A DNA stretch of 64,000 nucleotides from Octopus sinensis (taxonomy: Eukaryota): the NCBI RefSeq assembly GCF_006345805.1, contig NC_042998.1, positions 144,460,001 to 144,524,000 of the forward strand. Reading direction: 5' to 3'. The position numbers and the translations under genes were made by a program. Numbering within the stretch: position 1 is the stretch's first letter; each line of letters starts with the position of its first letter. Below are positions 22,041 to 35,894 of the stretch, in pieces. The notes under the pieces were generated by a model, which searched no databases, had not been told where the DNA came from, and saw only the letters and a program-made list of their open reading frames with translations.

Positions 22041-25000
22041 CAACACTCTCATAACTGCATTGATGCCCCTTGTTACATTCCTCAGACCTCCATTTCTATC
22101 TCTGCATATCTCTCTCTCCCTCTATCTTTGCTTCCCCACACATGCTCTCATCGATTGAGTGGATTATTATACTACTGCTCTCCACCTTTATTACACTGCC
22201 ACTTATCACCTCCTTCCTGAGTTATTTCTTTTATCTTCTCTCCTATACTGATATTTATCATCAACCACACCTCCATCCTTGTTCACTGTTCACTATATTC
22301 ACCTTTACCCCCATTTTCAACCAGCTTTCACTCTCCTTTCATTCTCTTATGAACTTAGTCACCTACCCTTCTTGATTATCAGCTTATATTTTCTCTTATA
22401 TATACCTTCTTGTACCTTGAGAGTATGCTGTCACTTTATCACCATATTCTTTCTGGCCATTCCCACTCACTCTTATGTAATGCAAAGTAGCCATGTATCT
22501 CTCTTATAGCAAGATACCTGTGTTTGTCCCTCTATCATACTTTTTAAGCTTCTCAACACTTGGCATAAATGCACCTCTCCTTCTACTACAACTTCACTTG
22601 GTTGAGTTGGAGGTGGGGTCCTTTTTCTCTTTTGTCTTGCAAATTACTTGGCTATTTCAGTAGTACTGATGTTATGAAAAATACAAAAACAAAAAAAGTA
22701 CCTAGTACACTCTGTAAACTGGTTGGCATTAGGAAAGGCATCCAACCACAGAAACCATGCCAAGGCAAGTATTGGAAATCAACACAGTCCTCTGGCTTGT
22801 TGGATCCTGTCAAACTTTCCAATCCTTGCCAGCATCGAAGATGGTCTCTTACAGCATTGATTAGTTTGGAAATTTTTGAAAGGATTTTTATTCTTGCTAA
22901 AAATGTTGTTAGTTTCTGTGTCATTCCATAAAAAAATGAAAAATTCTTCATAAGAATTGTAATCAGACAAATCTGTTTACTCTAATTTCCCCAAGTTTAT
23001 TAGTTATCATCTTTTTTTTCCATACCCCGTCCCCGAAAAAAATCAAAACATTTAGTTTTATCTACTTTCTATTCTCTTTTTTATTAATTTACTTGACTTC
23101 ATTTAATTTCTATCTAGAAAATGTATTTTCTTTCATTAAATTTTTATTAGATGTGAAGTAGTCAGGATTTATTATTTCCTAGTCAAAGTCATTCATTTAA
23201 GTTTCTTTTTTCTTTCATTCGTTCTTTTATCTTCTTTGTTACTCATTAAGACAATTTAATCACTAAAATTTCTCTATTCAGTATTTTTATCTCTCACATT
23301 CTCTGTCTTTCTTCGCAATTATTCAGTCTTTTCGTCCTTGATTGACACTGATTAAAATTTTATTTTGCTTATTGTGTAATTGTTTTTAATTACAAATTCA
23401 TTCTTCAGTAGAATCATTCTTTCACATGGAGCATAATGGTTTGGCATCAAAGTTTATTTCATTGATCTTTGTACATGTTATTTCTCTAAGGAATTTTATC
23501 AAAACTCAAAAACGGTCTTTGATTTCAGCTGAGAAAATCAATAAAATAAATAAAGAAGTTTGATAGGAAAATATGTTATCATGTATTTACTATAAACCAG
23601 ATTTTTGGAAAGAAAAACAAAAAGAAATGTAGTAAATTCAGTCAACGATTTCATTTTTATCATCATCATTGCTGTCGTCGTCATTGTCATCATCATCATC
23701 AAACCATCCAATCTGGAATGGGTTGGATGGTTTGACAGCATCCAGCAAGCTGCAGGGTCGCATTGAGTACCAGTGTGAACTTTGGGATGTTTTCTACTGC
23801 TCGATGCCCATCCTAACATCAACCACTTAACAGTGCATACTGGGTGTTTTTCATTATAGTTGCTGGCATTAGTGAGGTTGTCACGTAATTCACACTATTA
23901 GAAAAGAGGAGAGAAAAATTATCAATCTATTTAATTGTTAAAAAAATAATAATAATATGTAAATATGCTAATCACTGTTGTGTTTCATCACAGGAAAACA
24001 ACTCCTTTATAATGAGTATGTATTCATAACACACTCAATTCATTAGTACAAGGGATTCTGGGACAGCCAGTATTTTGATATTGTTGTGTCTCATCAGCCA
24101 GAAGCACTCCTAGACTAATGAATCTAACAAGAGCCAATGCTCTTGTTTATAACTGCAGTGAGCAAACTGTTTGTTGATCCATGCTGAATCATTTTGATTC
24201 TCACAGTTCACTATGCATATGACAATTTAATATCAATAAAAAAACCCATTATAAAATCTCAGTCAATCATTTTATTGAAATGTGTATTTTGTGAAGAAAC
24301 TTAGGGAGACTGTGCAATAAACTGTGATAAGAACATTTTGGGAAAATCACTTCTCCTGTCCAGCTGTAGTTCATAATTTGTTCAATGTAGGTTTAAGTAG
24401 ATTGCACAGTCTGTTCAGGGTGATATCTCTTTATATTGTTCTGACTTTTATTTGTATGAATTCTGTTTTGCACCTCTGTCCACTCACTACCTGGCCCCTC
24501 ACATTCCTCATCTCTTACTCTCCCATACACTCTTGTAACTTCTACTCAATCACAGTTTCAGTTCTTCTTCTCTCATTGACTTCTACTCAACTCATTATTT
24601 GAGGGTCCACCCAGACATCACATAACCACTATTTTTATCTCTTCCCAGCTCCACCTCACTTATCTTTCTTCTATAATGTGAGTAGTCATGTAGCAAGAAA
24701 CATGTTCTGTTCTGACCTTTTCCCTTATACTTATAAGTTTTCATCTTCCAGCATAAAGCCACTCATGTCTAGTTTCATAGTCTTTCAAGCTGTAATGTTA
24801 CCTTACTAGTACTGTTGGCATGAAAAAAGCATCCAGTATATTCTGTAAAATGGTTGGTGTTAAAAGGGGTATCCAGCCATAGAAATATTGCTAAAGCAGA
24901 CATTGGAGTATGATGCAGTCTGAGGACCATTAGGTCTTGTCAAACTGTCCAACCTATGCTAGCAAAGAATATGGACATTTAATAATAACAACACCAATAA

Positions 25001-25855
25001 TAATAATAATAATAATAATAATGATGATGCAGTACCAGACAGTGACTCTCATGGCTTCTTAACTGATTGGAAGTGTTATCATCTACATTCTTTTGTCTTG
25101 GTATAAAAGATGGACTACAGCAAATATTCTGCTCAATACCACTGATTTGCTCATCAGTTGTTTGACAGTCCCTTGGTGGCTGACAATATGTGCATCTCTG
25201 ATCACAAGCAGAAGTAGTGGGGGAACATCATAGCCATGTATTGAGAAGAATTCTTTGGGGTTTTGATAATTCACCTCTGGAAACATGTGTTTTGTTCAAC
25301 ATCTTTAAACAACCCTTATTCAGGGACCTTTTGGATGGGCTACTTGATCTGAAGAAAATTCTGAGCCCCCACCTGCAAAGGCATGCGTTGTTTATCTTGA
25401 TGTGAGATCACCATGTCGCTCATATATGGTTGTGATGCATATGCATGGTGTGCCCTTATCGGATGGGTGGTCATGATGGGTACATTAGGTTTCGTATATT
25501 TGTGTCACTTTGATGGTATGTGCTGCTCTCTCACTCAATAATAATAATAATGATGATGATGATGATGATGATAACAGATCTTGGTCATAGTTTTCTAATT
25601 TAGGTTTAGAAATACTGTGTTTCATTTATTTCTAGAACAACATGTATGAACATAATCTTTCTTGTAAGTTGCAATATTAAACCTGCTAATTCTCTGATTT
25701 ATTAGATATGAGTAGAAGTTTTTGTTTTTTGTTTTACATGTTAAATATTATCAGTAAAGTCTGACTGAAATATATACTTGCTGAGAATGAAATATTTGAT
25801 AGAAATCCTGATTCAGTGAAATGTCCTTAAGTTCTGAAATAATAATAATAATAAT

Positions 25856-26542
25856 GAACGATGGCACTGACCCAAAATGCAGAATGTGTCATGAGCAGGA
25901 TGAAACAGTGGACCACATCTTAACTGGATGCACAGCGCTTGCAAAAACCAAATGTATTCATAGACATGATAGAGTAGCGCAATATATCCATTGGAAGATA
26001 TGTAAACACTACCAACTTCCAACTTCAGAAAGATGGTACCAGCATAAACCTGAAACTGTGACCGGAAAAGATGATATAACAGTACTCTGGGACATGCCAA
26101 TCAACACCGATAAAGAAATCAAGGCAAACAGGCCGGACATAATCATCAAAGATGGGAAGAATAAGAAATGCTTAATGATAGATATGACAGTACCATCAGA
26201 GAGAAATGTGTCCGTTAAAGAAGTAAAGCTTCCTTCAAGTACAAAGACCTAGAAATAGAAGTGACCAAGATGTGGGGAATGAAAAGCAGCACAGCACCAG
26301 TGTTGATTGGAGTATTAGGGCTAATTAAAAAGGGCTTTGATAAGCAGCTCAACAAACTCCCTTGAATGTTAACGTGGGAGAACTTCAGAAAATAGTGTTG
26401 CTAGGTTCCACACACATTTTATGCTGTGTATTCTCCATGAGATGAGGACCTGCTGTGACCCTAGGGTCAAGGGATGACCCTGGTTCAACAGAAGACAACA
26501 GACCATATTTTATTTTAAAAGAAATTATAATAATAATAATAA
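25856..26542 (+). mobile_element. R4/Dong-like (restriction-like endonuclease) non-LTR 3' fragment inserted in (TAA)n
   Basis: CRMC...ETVDHI..GC zinc finger, RHD, RPDII, IDMTVP, then KYKDLEIE..MWG after a frameshift; (taa)n on both sides. Confidence 0.88.
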
Positions 26543-26759
26543 GAGCACTCAGAGAGCACAAACCTCTGCCAAGGCAACACCAATGTCCTCTCAACAATTA
26601 ACCAGAGATGATTTTTAAAATGAGAATATCTGAAATAAACTCCACTGCTCTCACAAATGAGAATACTAAAAATGAACCAGATCACTCTCGAAAATTTAAG
26701 TATAAAAACTGGAAAAATAATCCAGAATCCTTGTCCAGTACCTGATTGATTCCAATGGT

Positions 26760-26985
26760 AGTCATGGAATGTGAAGGTGGGTGTGTGGGCCATGTTTGTA
26801 ATGCTGTGTGTGCGTCGTCTGCAGTGGGAACGGACAGTTTTCTCTATGAAGGTCACTGATATAGTGTCATTACTACCATTAAGGCCTATAGTGAAAAATT
26901 TATCCGTGCGGGAAAGAAAACGGAAAGGACCTGCATATGGTGCTGTTAATGGCGGTTTAACAACATTGTTGTGCACAAAAATGTG
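26760..26985 (-). mobile_element. Gypsy integrase C-terminal fragment
   Basis: KPPLTAPYAGPFRFLSRTDKFFTIGLNGSNDTISV resembles the GPY/F module of Gypsy integrases. Confidence 0.65.
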
Positions 26986-28261
26986 AGTCCAAGAAGTAAA
27001 GCTTCCTTCAAGGCAGAGCTAGAAATGCAATTGTCATGTAGGTAAGCGGTTTTTAAACAGGAGTGATCTATTCAAAATTGGTAAAACTAAAAATTGTTGA
27101 GGATAAATTAATTATTGTTACTGAATGTGTTAGTGTTATTTAATTTCTGAACAGTTTTGCTGCTGTTTGTTTATGTAGTTTGATTTCTTTATCCATCAGT
27201 TTCTACTAAGATAGAGACATGAGTAAAATTAATAATGAAGTAACAAAAATAAAACTTTGGAAACAGCAATGCCACCATAGCTTACATGGAAACCATGAGC
27301 ATACTTTGAAGAGAGATAATCAGAGAAAGACTTGAAAGTCCAAAAGATTGTAATACTTCATGTAAAGTAAATCTAACAAATAATCCAAAATCCTTGTTTG
27401 GTACTGGATCGATCCGAAAATCTAATCAGTTCATGCCAGTCACAAGGCCAAACATCCCTGAATGTTTCATCTGAATCCATCCAGCGGTTCTTGAAACATC
27501 TTGTCCATGGACAAACAAACATGACTGAAAACAATACCACTGTCTTCGCTAAGGTGAAGGTAATAATATAGAGTATCTACAGAAAATAGTGTTGCTTGGA
27601 ATGAATGAATCCTTAACAGAGTTCTCAAAATCTGAATGAAGTGTTACCTTAATCTACTGGTTGCAGATATCTGACACCTAGTGGACATTCTCCTGTGAAG
27701 TTGCTGTGTTCAACAACAACAACAGTCTTGATATTTATAGCTGATTCTAACCAAATACACACACACACACACACACGCGCACACAAACACATGTACACAT
27801 ATTTATCTGTCTGTGTAAATATAGCTGCTAGAGGTATGGTAAAGAAAGTTTGTTTATTTCAAGAAATGGTGGAATAAAATATATTTTACCAGATAAGGAA
27901 AGAAAATCAAATTCAGCTAATAATATTAAGTGTAACCAGACATAGTGTGGCAGTAGTAAATTAAGAAAGTTAATTAATCTAGTTTTGCTGTATTTTCAGT
28001 CACCATAACAAACAGATAAAACTTAATGTTGCTATCATGCATTAAAAGAATAGCTATAAATTATTGATTAAGAGCTTAAATCATACAGATCAAAGCCAAT
28101 TCCTATTCATAGCTGTATGAAAGGACAACAAATGCCAAGCTTTCTAGTATTGTTGAGATGTTAAAAGCATTGGCTATTCTTCAATTAGTTGAATTTAATT
28201 TTTTTCTTATTCTGTAGTTCTTATGAGAGATTCTTCATCAGATTTCATTAATTAAAGGTAT

Positions 28262-28450
28262 TCTTTTACTTGTTTCAGTCATTTGACTGTGGCTATACTG
28301 GAGCATTGCCTTTAGTCAAACAAATTGACCTCAGGACTTATTCGTTGTAAGTCTATTCTATTGGTCTCTTTTGCTGAACCACCAAGTTAGAGGGACGTAA
28401 ACACACCAACATCAGTTATCAAGCAATGGTACGGAGACAAACACTGACAT

Positions 28451-28507
<57 letters not shown>

Positions 28508-28645
28508 ATGGGCTTCTTTGAGTTTTTGTCTACCAAATCCACTCACAAAGCTTTGGTTTGCCTGAGGCTATAGTAGAAGGCACTTGCTCAAGGTACCATG
28601 TGGTTGGGAAGCAAGCTTCTTACCACATAGCCACTCCTGCACCTA
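28262..28645 (-). mobile_element. SINE family 2 (bipartite, with internal CA/TA microsatellite)
   Basis: Head ...ggcaagtg(c)cttctactatagcc...gtgagtggatttggtaga, then (TG)n, then tail ending aatgactgaaacaagtaaaaga. Further copies at about 13255-13460(+), 13700-13890(-), 30219-30515(+), 34318-34609(-), 35150-35305(-), 39315-39520(+), 46680-46890(-), 54930-55130(-). Confidence 0.8.
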
Positions 28646-29090
28646 TATGATATAATTTTTTCTTTTAAACAAGGTAGCTTTTTTGAATTGTATATAAATA
28701 TAACAAGATGTTTGTTGTAAATGTGTTTGGTGTAAGGATCAAGAGCTGCTGCCTTATTTCTTGCAGTCTTTTTTCAGAATGATCAAAATAGTGTGGTTGT
28801 TGTTCTGTTTGAATTCCTCCAGGAGGATGTCTGCAAAAACAACTTAAAACAAAAAAGAAAAAAAATTTTTTTCCTTTTTTGTAAGCTAGAATTTTGAAAT
28901 GGACAAGGTCTAAATATTTATTAAGGGATCTGAAGTTTTATAAATTTTCTAGCATGCTTGTGTTGTCGAAAATTCCAATAGTTCTATTATGGATAGAAAA
29001 CAGTGCTTCAAAATGATGGGAAACACCATTGATAAATGTCAGCAGTAAAAACACAGAATTGAAGTACTCTTACACTATTTCAGTAATATA

Positions 29091-30140
29091 TCTCTATTGT
29101 AATGTGAAAGTAGTCTGTCCTATATATGTATATATACTTTCAGTTTGAAAGTAGTCTTTCCTATATATATATATTTATGCATTCCAAAACCGGGTTACAG
29201 ATTTTGACGTATGGGGTATCAAAAGATTCAGTACTATTTTGGCTACAAATTAATTTCCATTCACATATTTGCATTTCAAAAATTTAACATTATAATCTTT
29301 TTCATAAATCAACTATCATAAACATTTTATACAATGTCACATTTTCTATGTGTGTCTACCTTAAAAGACATTAATCATCACGACACACACCATCACTCAC
29401 TCACTCTCTCTCTTTTTCATTCTCTTTCTCTCTTGCACACACACGCGTCCATTTTATATGGACTTACATACATCTTTCACTTCCTTTCTCTGTCCTTTTC
29501 GCTTATTGTGTTATTAAAGTTCGTTATCCATCAATTATCCTTATTGAGAAGATACCTGGTCTCACCTATTTCCTGGAGAGATACCCAGTCTCACCTATTT
29601 CCTGGCCAAAATCCTTCAGACAGGCATGATATCATATTCAGAGTGTTTCACCTTAAGCTTAAGAAAATGATGGATGTTATTAGGCATGGACAACTTTTTG
29701 GACCAGTACGGTGTTTCATGTACACCATTGAACGGCAGAAGAGGGGACTTCCACATGCCCATATTCTCCTTTGGCTTCAAAACAAGCTCATGTCGACTGA
29801 TGTTGATTCCATTATCAGTGCTGAATTGCCAAATCCCCAAGGAGAACCAGTCCTTTTTCATATCATTAAAACCAACATGATCCATGGACTGTGTGGCTAC
29901 CTTAATCATAACTCTGCATGTATGGACAATGGGAGGTGCATAAAGCGTTACCCCTGAAAATTTATACATGAAACCAAGACTGGCAATGATGGTTGCCCTT
30001 TATACCATCGCAGGGCACTGCAAGAGGGTGGACATATAGCAACTATATCAATGGTTGATGGTCAAGATTTCAATATCGACAACAGATGAGTTGTGCCACA
30101 TAACAAGGTGCTTTGTAAAATGTTTTTAGCCCACATGTAT
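29091..30140 (+). mobile_element. Helitron fragment: A|TC 5' end and Rep (HUH endonuclease) coding remnant
   Basis: Peptide DIIFRVFHLKLK...YTIERQKRGLPHAHILLWL...ISAELP...MIHGLCG...C.KRYP...IDNR*VVP matches the Helitron Rep motif-2 region; ends in (TA)n. Confidence 0.88.
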
Positions 30141-30154
30141 TTATATATTTTTAC

Positions 30155-30218
<64 letters not shown>

Positions 30219-30755
30219 AAGCCTTGTGAGTGGATTTGGTAGACGGAAACTGAAAGAAGCCTGTCGTATACATGTATGTATATATATATATGTATGTGTG
30301 TGTGTGTTTGTGTGTCTGTGTTTGTTCCCCCAACATGGCTTGACAACCGATGCTGGTGTGTTTATGTCCCTGTAACTTAGCAGTTCGGTAAAAGAGACCG
30401 ATAGAATAAGTACTAGGCTTACAAAGAATAAGTCCTGGGGTTGATTTGTTCGACTAAAGGCGGTGCTCCAGCATGGCCACAGACAAATGACTGAAAGAAG
30501 TAAAAGAGTAAAAGAATGTATATATTTCTTCACCCATTCCCTTCCGGTCATTTCAATATGTGACCGCGTGTATCGTTGGCAATTTTCTTCTTTGTCTTCC
30601 CTTCTTTGGACTGTTTCTATATTTTTGATGAAGAGCTCCACTTGAAACATGAAGTTCTCTTTCTTTTCTTTCCTTTCCTGAGTGTCCAATAACACAGTAC
30701 TTGTTCCATGTCCTCGCATTGTTGTTTTTTCTTGCTTGTTCTTGTTTGGATTGAC

Positions 30756-30808
<53 letters not shown>

Positions 30809-31499
30809 TTATAAGTTGAGTAAAAATTTAGATTCAAATGAATATGGTACTTAAGTTGAGGCACCAGAATTTAGTATGGTATTATCCATACAATTTAAAA
30901 TAAGGTCATTATAATCAAAATAAGCAACAAGGATATCCAGAGGTAATGCAGTACGATTGTTTCATGCAACTCCATTTTATTGAACAATGCAAACATTATA
31001 TCAATTAAAAATGTAGAGCAATCTTCAGCTGCACAAAAAACATAGAATTTAATTAAATTTGAAGGACACATTAGTATAATTTTATCCAAAATCTCCAAGA
31101 AGATAAGGAGATAAACAAAGAACATGTTTTACCAACATCACAGTTGTCACTGAAATTGCTTTTCACTGATTATTTCTGTTATTCAGATTTAATTAGGGGG
31201 TGGGTTCAGTTTTAATTTTATAGGCTTGTTTATCAAATCTGAGAGTTTGGGGATGGGGTTGAGTAGATAGACAATTTAAGTGGCATAGTCATAAATCAAG
31301 ATTTATTTGAAGCAAAACCATTTGGTTCAGTAAGAAGATACTTCAAACAAGATGTTAGCTGCTATTAAGCAGACCAATGCTAATGGGACAGGGGAAGTCT
31401 TATCATATAGTTCTACATTTACCTACTATAAAACATTGCTGCTATATATATATATATATACATACACAGATAGAGTTTAGGGTTAATGTAAAGATTACT

Positions 31500-32730
31500 A
31501 AGAAGAATATTTATGAATACTTTCAGTATTTATCAAAATTTTACACAATAGAGGAACAGAAAATATAGAAATAGTTCAATATTTATATATTTAAATACTA
31601 ATTTAACATATATTTATAATTATTGATTAAATGGTATTTAATAAAGGAAAATTGAGGTAAAAAGAATATGTTAAATTATATATTAAATATTAAAATTTTA
31701 GTCTAAGCAGATTTTAAAAAATTTTAAATAGTGAATATATCAGCATAGCTTTATATAAGCTGAGTATGAAATTTATAGAGATATAAAACTTAGAGTAATT
31801 TTATTTATAAATAAATAAATAAATAAGAGCTAGTTTTAAAAATAAAATAAAATAATCATTGGTAGAACATTATAGAAAAGGGGTAAAATGGTTTATATAT
31901 CAAAACTATGGTAAGGTATATTTAGCTTATTAACATCAATAGAGAAGATATTTTTAGAAAAAATTTAATAATTCAAAATGTTAGACTAAAAATTATATTT
32001 GCTTGTCACGATAATATCTATAAAAGACTAATGTTTAATGTCGGCTAAAGAAATAATTAAGTTATGGAACAGAATTTTTACTATTAACTAATCTTTTTAT
32101 AAAATTAAGGGTTATATTATAGGTTTAAGAAATTGTTGTTATTACACCCTACGTGAGATTTATATTTTCTAATTGGTACTTATTTAGAAATGTTATTTAT
32201 ATAAAGTTCTTTATACATACTAAGATCAGGAAGGTAGAGCTATTTGAGAAAAAGAGAAATCAAGTAATTCCTTTAAAAAAACTTTTCAAACAATGCTATC
32301 ATGCTGTATAAGGTTAAAAAGTATTATTTAAGGTAATCAAGAAGATTATTAAGAATGAGAATTTTAACAAACAGGATACCACTATTGACTTACATATCAA
32401 AATCCTTTAACTATAATAGATGGAGGTAACAGAAAATTACAAAGAAATAGATTAATGTTTATATACTTTTTACTTATCTAAAATATTTACTTATTATAAG
32501 GTTTCTGTGGAGATTGATCAAGTGGATTTAACTAATATTTAATAAGGGTGACTGAGGTTAAAAAACATGTCCACTATATACTGATTTTATTAAAATTTAA
32601 TTAATTTAAAAATTTAGTGGCGATACAAGTAATATTACAGTTTCTAAAGAGTTTATATTTGGAGGGGCTATTTAAAATCAATATAAATATCAAAATTAGA
32701 AGGATGGAACATTTTAAGAAAAAGGGATGA
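31500..32730 (+). mobile_element. Highly decayed Penelope-like element (GIY-YIG remnant)
   Basis: Extremely AT-rich; fragments read KTCPLY...FSGDTSNI...VYI...NIKIRRMEH in the order of the Penelope endonuclease motifs; frames are broken. Confidence 0.4.
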
Positions 32731-33544
32731 AAAATTTTATTACTTAACTCTACTCCTCTATATCATTACCTTCAACTAACTTTTTTAGCCACATCCCCCT
32801 ACCTCACATCATGGACATTTTTCTCCCCCTCTTTTTCCCTCCATCTTTTTTCTCTCACCCTCTTTTTCTTTCTCCCTCTTGTTCTCTCTTTCCCTTCAAC
32901 TAATCATGTGAAAGCATTACAATTACATACCCTCTACCTCACATCATGGGTGTTTCTCTCTCCCTCTTTTTCTCTCATTCTTTGCCATTCTCTTCAACTA
33001 ATCACATGAAAGCATTACGGACAGGCTAAGTAACATATGAAGAAGCAGAATTATTATAAGATGACTGGAATCTTTGAATAAGAATATCATTAAAAGTTGA
33101 AAGCTTCTTGAACCAACTTGCATGCTAGTACACAACCTCTGTAGGAGACATCATTCATGCCAACTTATACAACCATGGATTGATGCAATAAAATACATAC
33201 CCAAGCCACAACAGTTTTTCAGGTCAATTTCATTCAATACTTATGGCAGCCAGACTGTAAGTTGTAGCCAATTCATTACTTAATGCTGTCAGCCCTTCAA
33301 CCATCCACCACTTTGAGATGAACTAGCAACTACCATGTTGTGCCTGCTCAGTTAATCCCATTTAAGCTTGTATCATAGAACCAAGGATGATTCCAGGGAG
33401 GCTGGTGTTGAAAAAAAGTTAATTTCTTTCCAAAGATTTTTAACCAATATATTTTCATGAAATCACACACTGTTTTTATATTTCATGAAGCAAATGTGAG
33501 AATAATAATTTTTTTATATATATTATATTTTTTTCACTTTTTAG

Positions 33545-33838
33545 GTGTAAATGCACTTAAGAGCCTCAAGGAAGGTTTTGATAATATGACAGGATCAAGT
33601 ATAAACATAACTAAACCTGGGGTTCAGACTCCCAGTCAGCTGAGTAATAACACAGCATTTAGCATTAAAGCGTCAAATGCAGTATTGACGAGTCCAGTAT
33701 CTTCATCAGACAAGGGTTATTCTCTTTTGGCTGTCAAAAGTAATAAAACAGACAGCTCTGACCCAGGACCAGGATCTCCCCAAATGAAGTCATTCAATAA
33801 CTCCAATCTCATCAAATATTTGCAAACTAATTCCTCGG
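33545..33838 (+). CDS. Internal coding exon B1 (294 nt, phase 1-1), Ser/Thr/Asn-rich with six N-glycosylation sequons
   Basis: Acceptor tttttcactttttag|GT, donor TCG G|gtgagt. Joins in frame to the 7285-8261 exon (G|GT = Gly). Peptide VNALKSLKEGFDNMTGSSINITKPG...YLQTNSS. Confidence 0.85.
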
Positions 33839-34517
33839 GTGAGTCTGTGTAATATTGTTCTCTGACAGAATCCAAGCAATGTTTTGTCTCTCTCCATTTT
33901 TATCTTTCTCTCTGAGTCTCTCTTTTTCTCCCTTCGTCTCCAACAGGGGTATATCCTTGTATCTCTTTTACAGCAAGGCACCTATCTCTAACACTATGTT
34001 ATTCTTTTGAACTGCCATCAGCTAGCTCAAAGCCATCTTCCTCTATACTACTACTACTACCCTTCTCAGTCCATAGGACTTCGCTTTTATTTTGCAAGTT
34101 GCTTGGTGACCTTGCTCAAGCTGGTGTCATGAAAAAAAGCACGTTGTACACTCTGTAATGTGGTTGATGTTAAGAAAAGCATCTAACCATAGACACCATG
34201 CCAAAATAGACAATTGAGCTTTGCACAGTCCTCTGCTTGCCAGCTCTCCTCAAACCATTCAACCCATGCGAACATGGAAAATGGACATTAAATGATGGTG
34301 ATGATGATATATATATTCTTTTACTTGTTTCAGTCATTTGATTGTGGCCATAGTAGAGAACCACCATCAGGGTTTTAGTTTAAAAAATTGACCTCAGGAC
34401 TTATTTCTTAAGCCTAGTACTTATTCTATCAGTCTCTTTTGCTGAACCACTAATTCATGGAGGTGTAAACAAACCAACACTTGTTGCCAAGCAGTGATGG
34501 GGAGCCAAACACAAAGA

Positions 34518-34611
<94 letters not shown>

Positions 34612-34926
34612 AAAGGAGAAAAGAAAATGGAGTGTGGGCGGTTAATAATTGTTTATTAGAAACAGCACATTAATCATATTCACTTACAGCTGTTTCAGTT
34701 TATAGTCTGTAAATATTAAATATTATATCAGCCTGCTATAATGAATCCATAAACATACATAAAACATCCAAGGATATATTTTTTTCCTCTGAAGATATTA
34801 TGCTCAGGTATTATAAATTTAATATTTACTGAGAATTAACTGAAACAGCTGTAAGTGAAGATGATTAATTTGGTGTTAATAATAAACAATCATTAACCTT
34901 CTAATCTCCATTTTTTTTCTTCTTTT
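34612..34926. mobile_element. Foldback/MITE-like element with about 110-bp imperfect inverted arms
   Basis: Left ...ttcacttacagctgtttcagtt...taaatattaaa is the reverse complement of right ...tttaatattta...aactgaaacagctgtaagtgaa; TA at both ends. Confidence 0.78.
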
Positions 34927-35080
34927 ATATAAATATAAACTATATATTTTTATATATATACCTAGTATTTTAAGAAATTAATTTCCTTAAAAAACTAGGT
35001 ATTGAACCAGTATTTCCTTGGATGAAACCATTCCTTCACGAAATTAACACAACCTCTAATTGAATGCGTGTGCGTATATA

Positions 35081-35134
<54 letters not shown>

Positions 35135-35303
35135 ATGTATATACACACACACACATGACAGGCTTCTTTCAGTTTCTGTCTACCAAATCCACTCACAGCA
35201 CTTTGGTTTGCCTGAGGCTATACTAGAAGACACTTGCCCAAGATTCTACACAATTGAACTGAACCTGGAAGCAAATTTATTATCACCCAGCCATACCTGC
35301 ACC

Positions 35304-35338
<35 letters not shown>

Positions 35339-35847
35339 ATTGGTGAATTGAGGAAATGGAGCTGAACGCAGATTGAACAGAAATCGTTTTATTTCATTCT
35401 ACACGTGTTTCGAAAGGCACAAATTACCAAAATCCGATTGAATAATGGGACCATATTGTGTCTTTCTCTTCAGGAAGAAAAAAGGAAATCCGTTAGAGAA
35501 ACAAAAACAGAACAGAGGCGGAGCAAAAACCAAATCGAACTATGCTCCTAAGAGCCCATGGCGAAACTGTTTATCAGTGTATGCTGAGAACCGGTGGCTG
35601 AAGAATTCTACAGGTCAGGCATCGGTCAATCATGTGGGTGAGGGTGTATAGATGTTCTTAGTGACCGAGAATAAAGTTCTGACTATTTAAGGAATATTGG
35701 ATGTTTTATAAGGGGCGAGAAAAAAATCTACTTAGAGACGTGTGTGTGTGTATACTGTTCTATATATGTGTGTGTTGGCGTAGGGGTAGAAGTAGATGTT
35801 AACTTTTGATTAATCTACAACAAGATTATTCATCTTTCTATTTCACA

Positions 35848-35894
<47 letters not shown>

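Noticed and set aside
23994-24020. Small exon after tttcatcacag, and a similar candidate at 28218-28257
   Set aside because: The phases or in-frame stops are incompatible with the flanking phase-1 exons.
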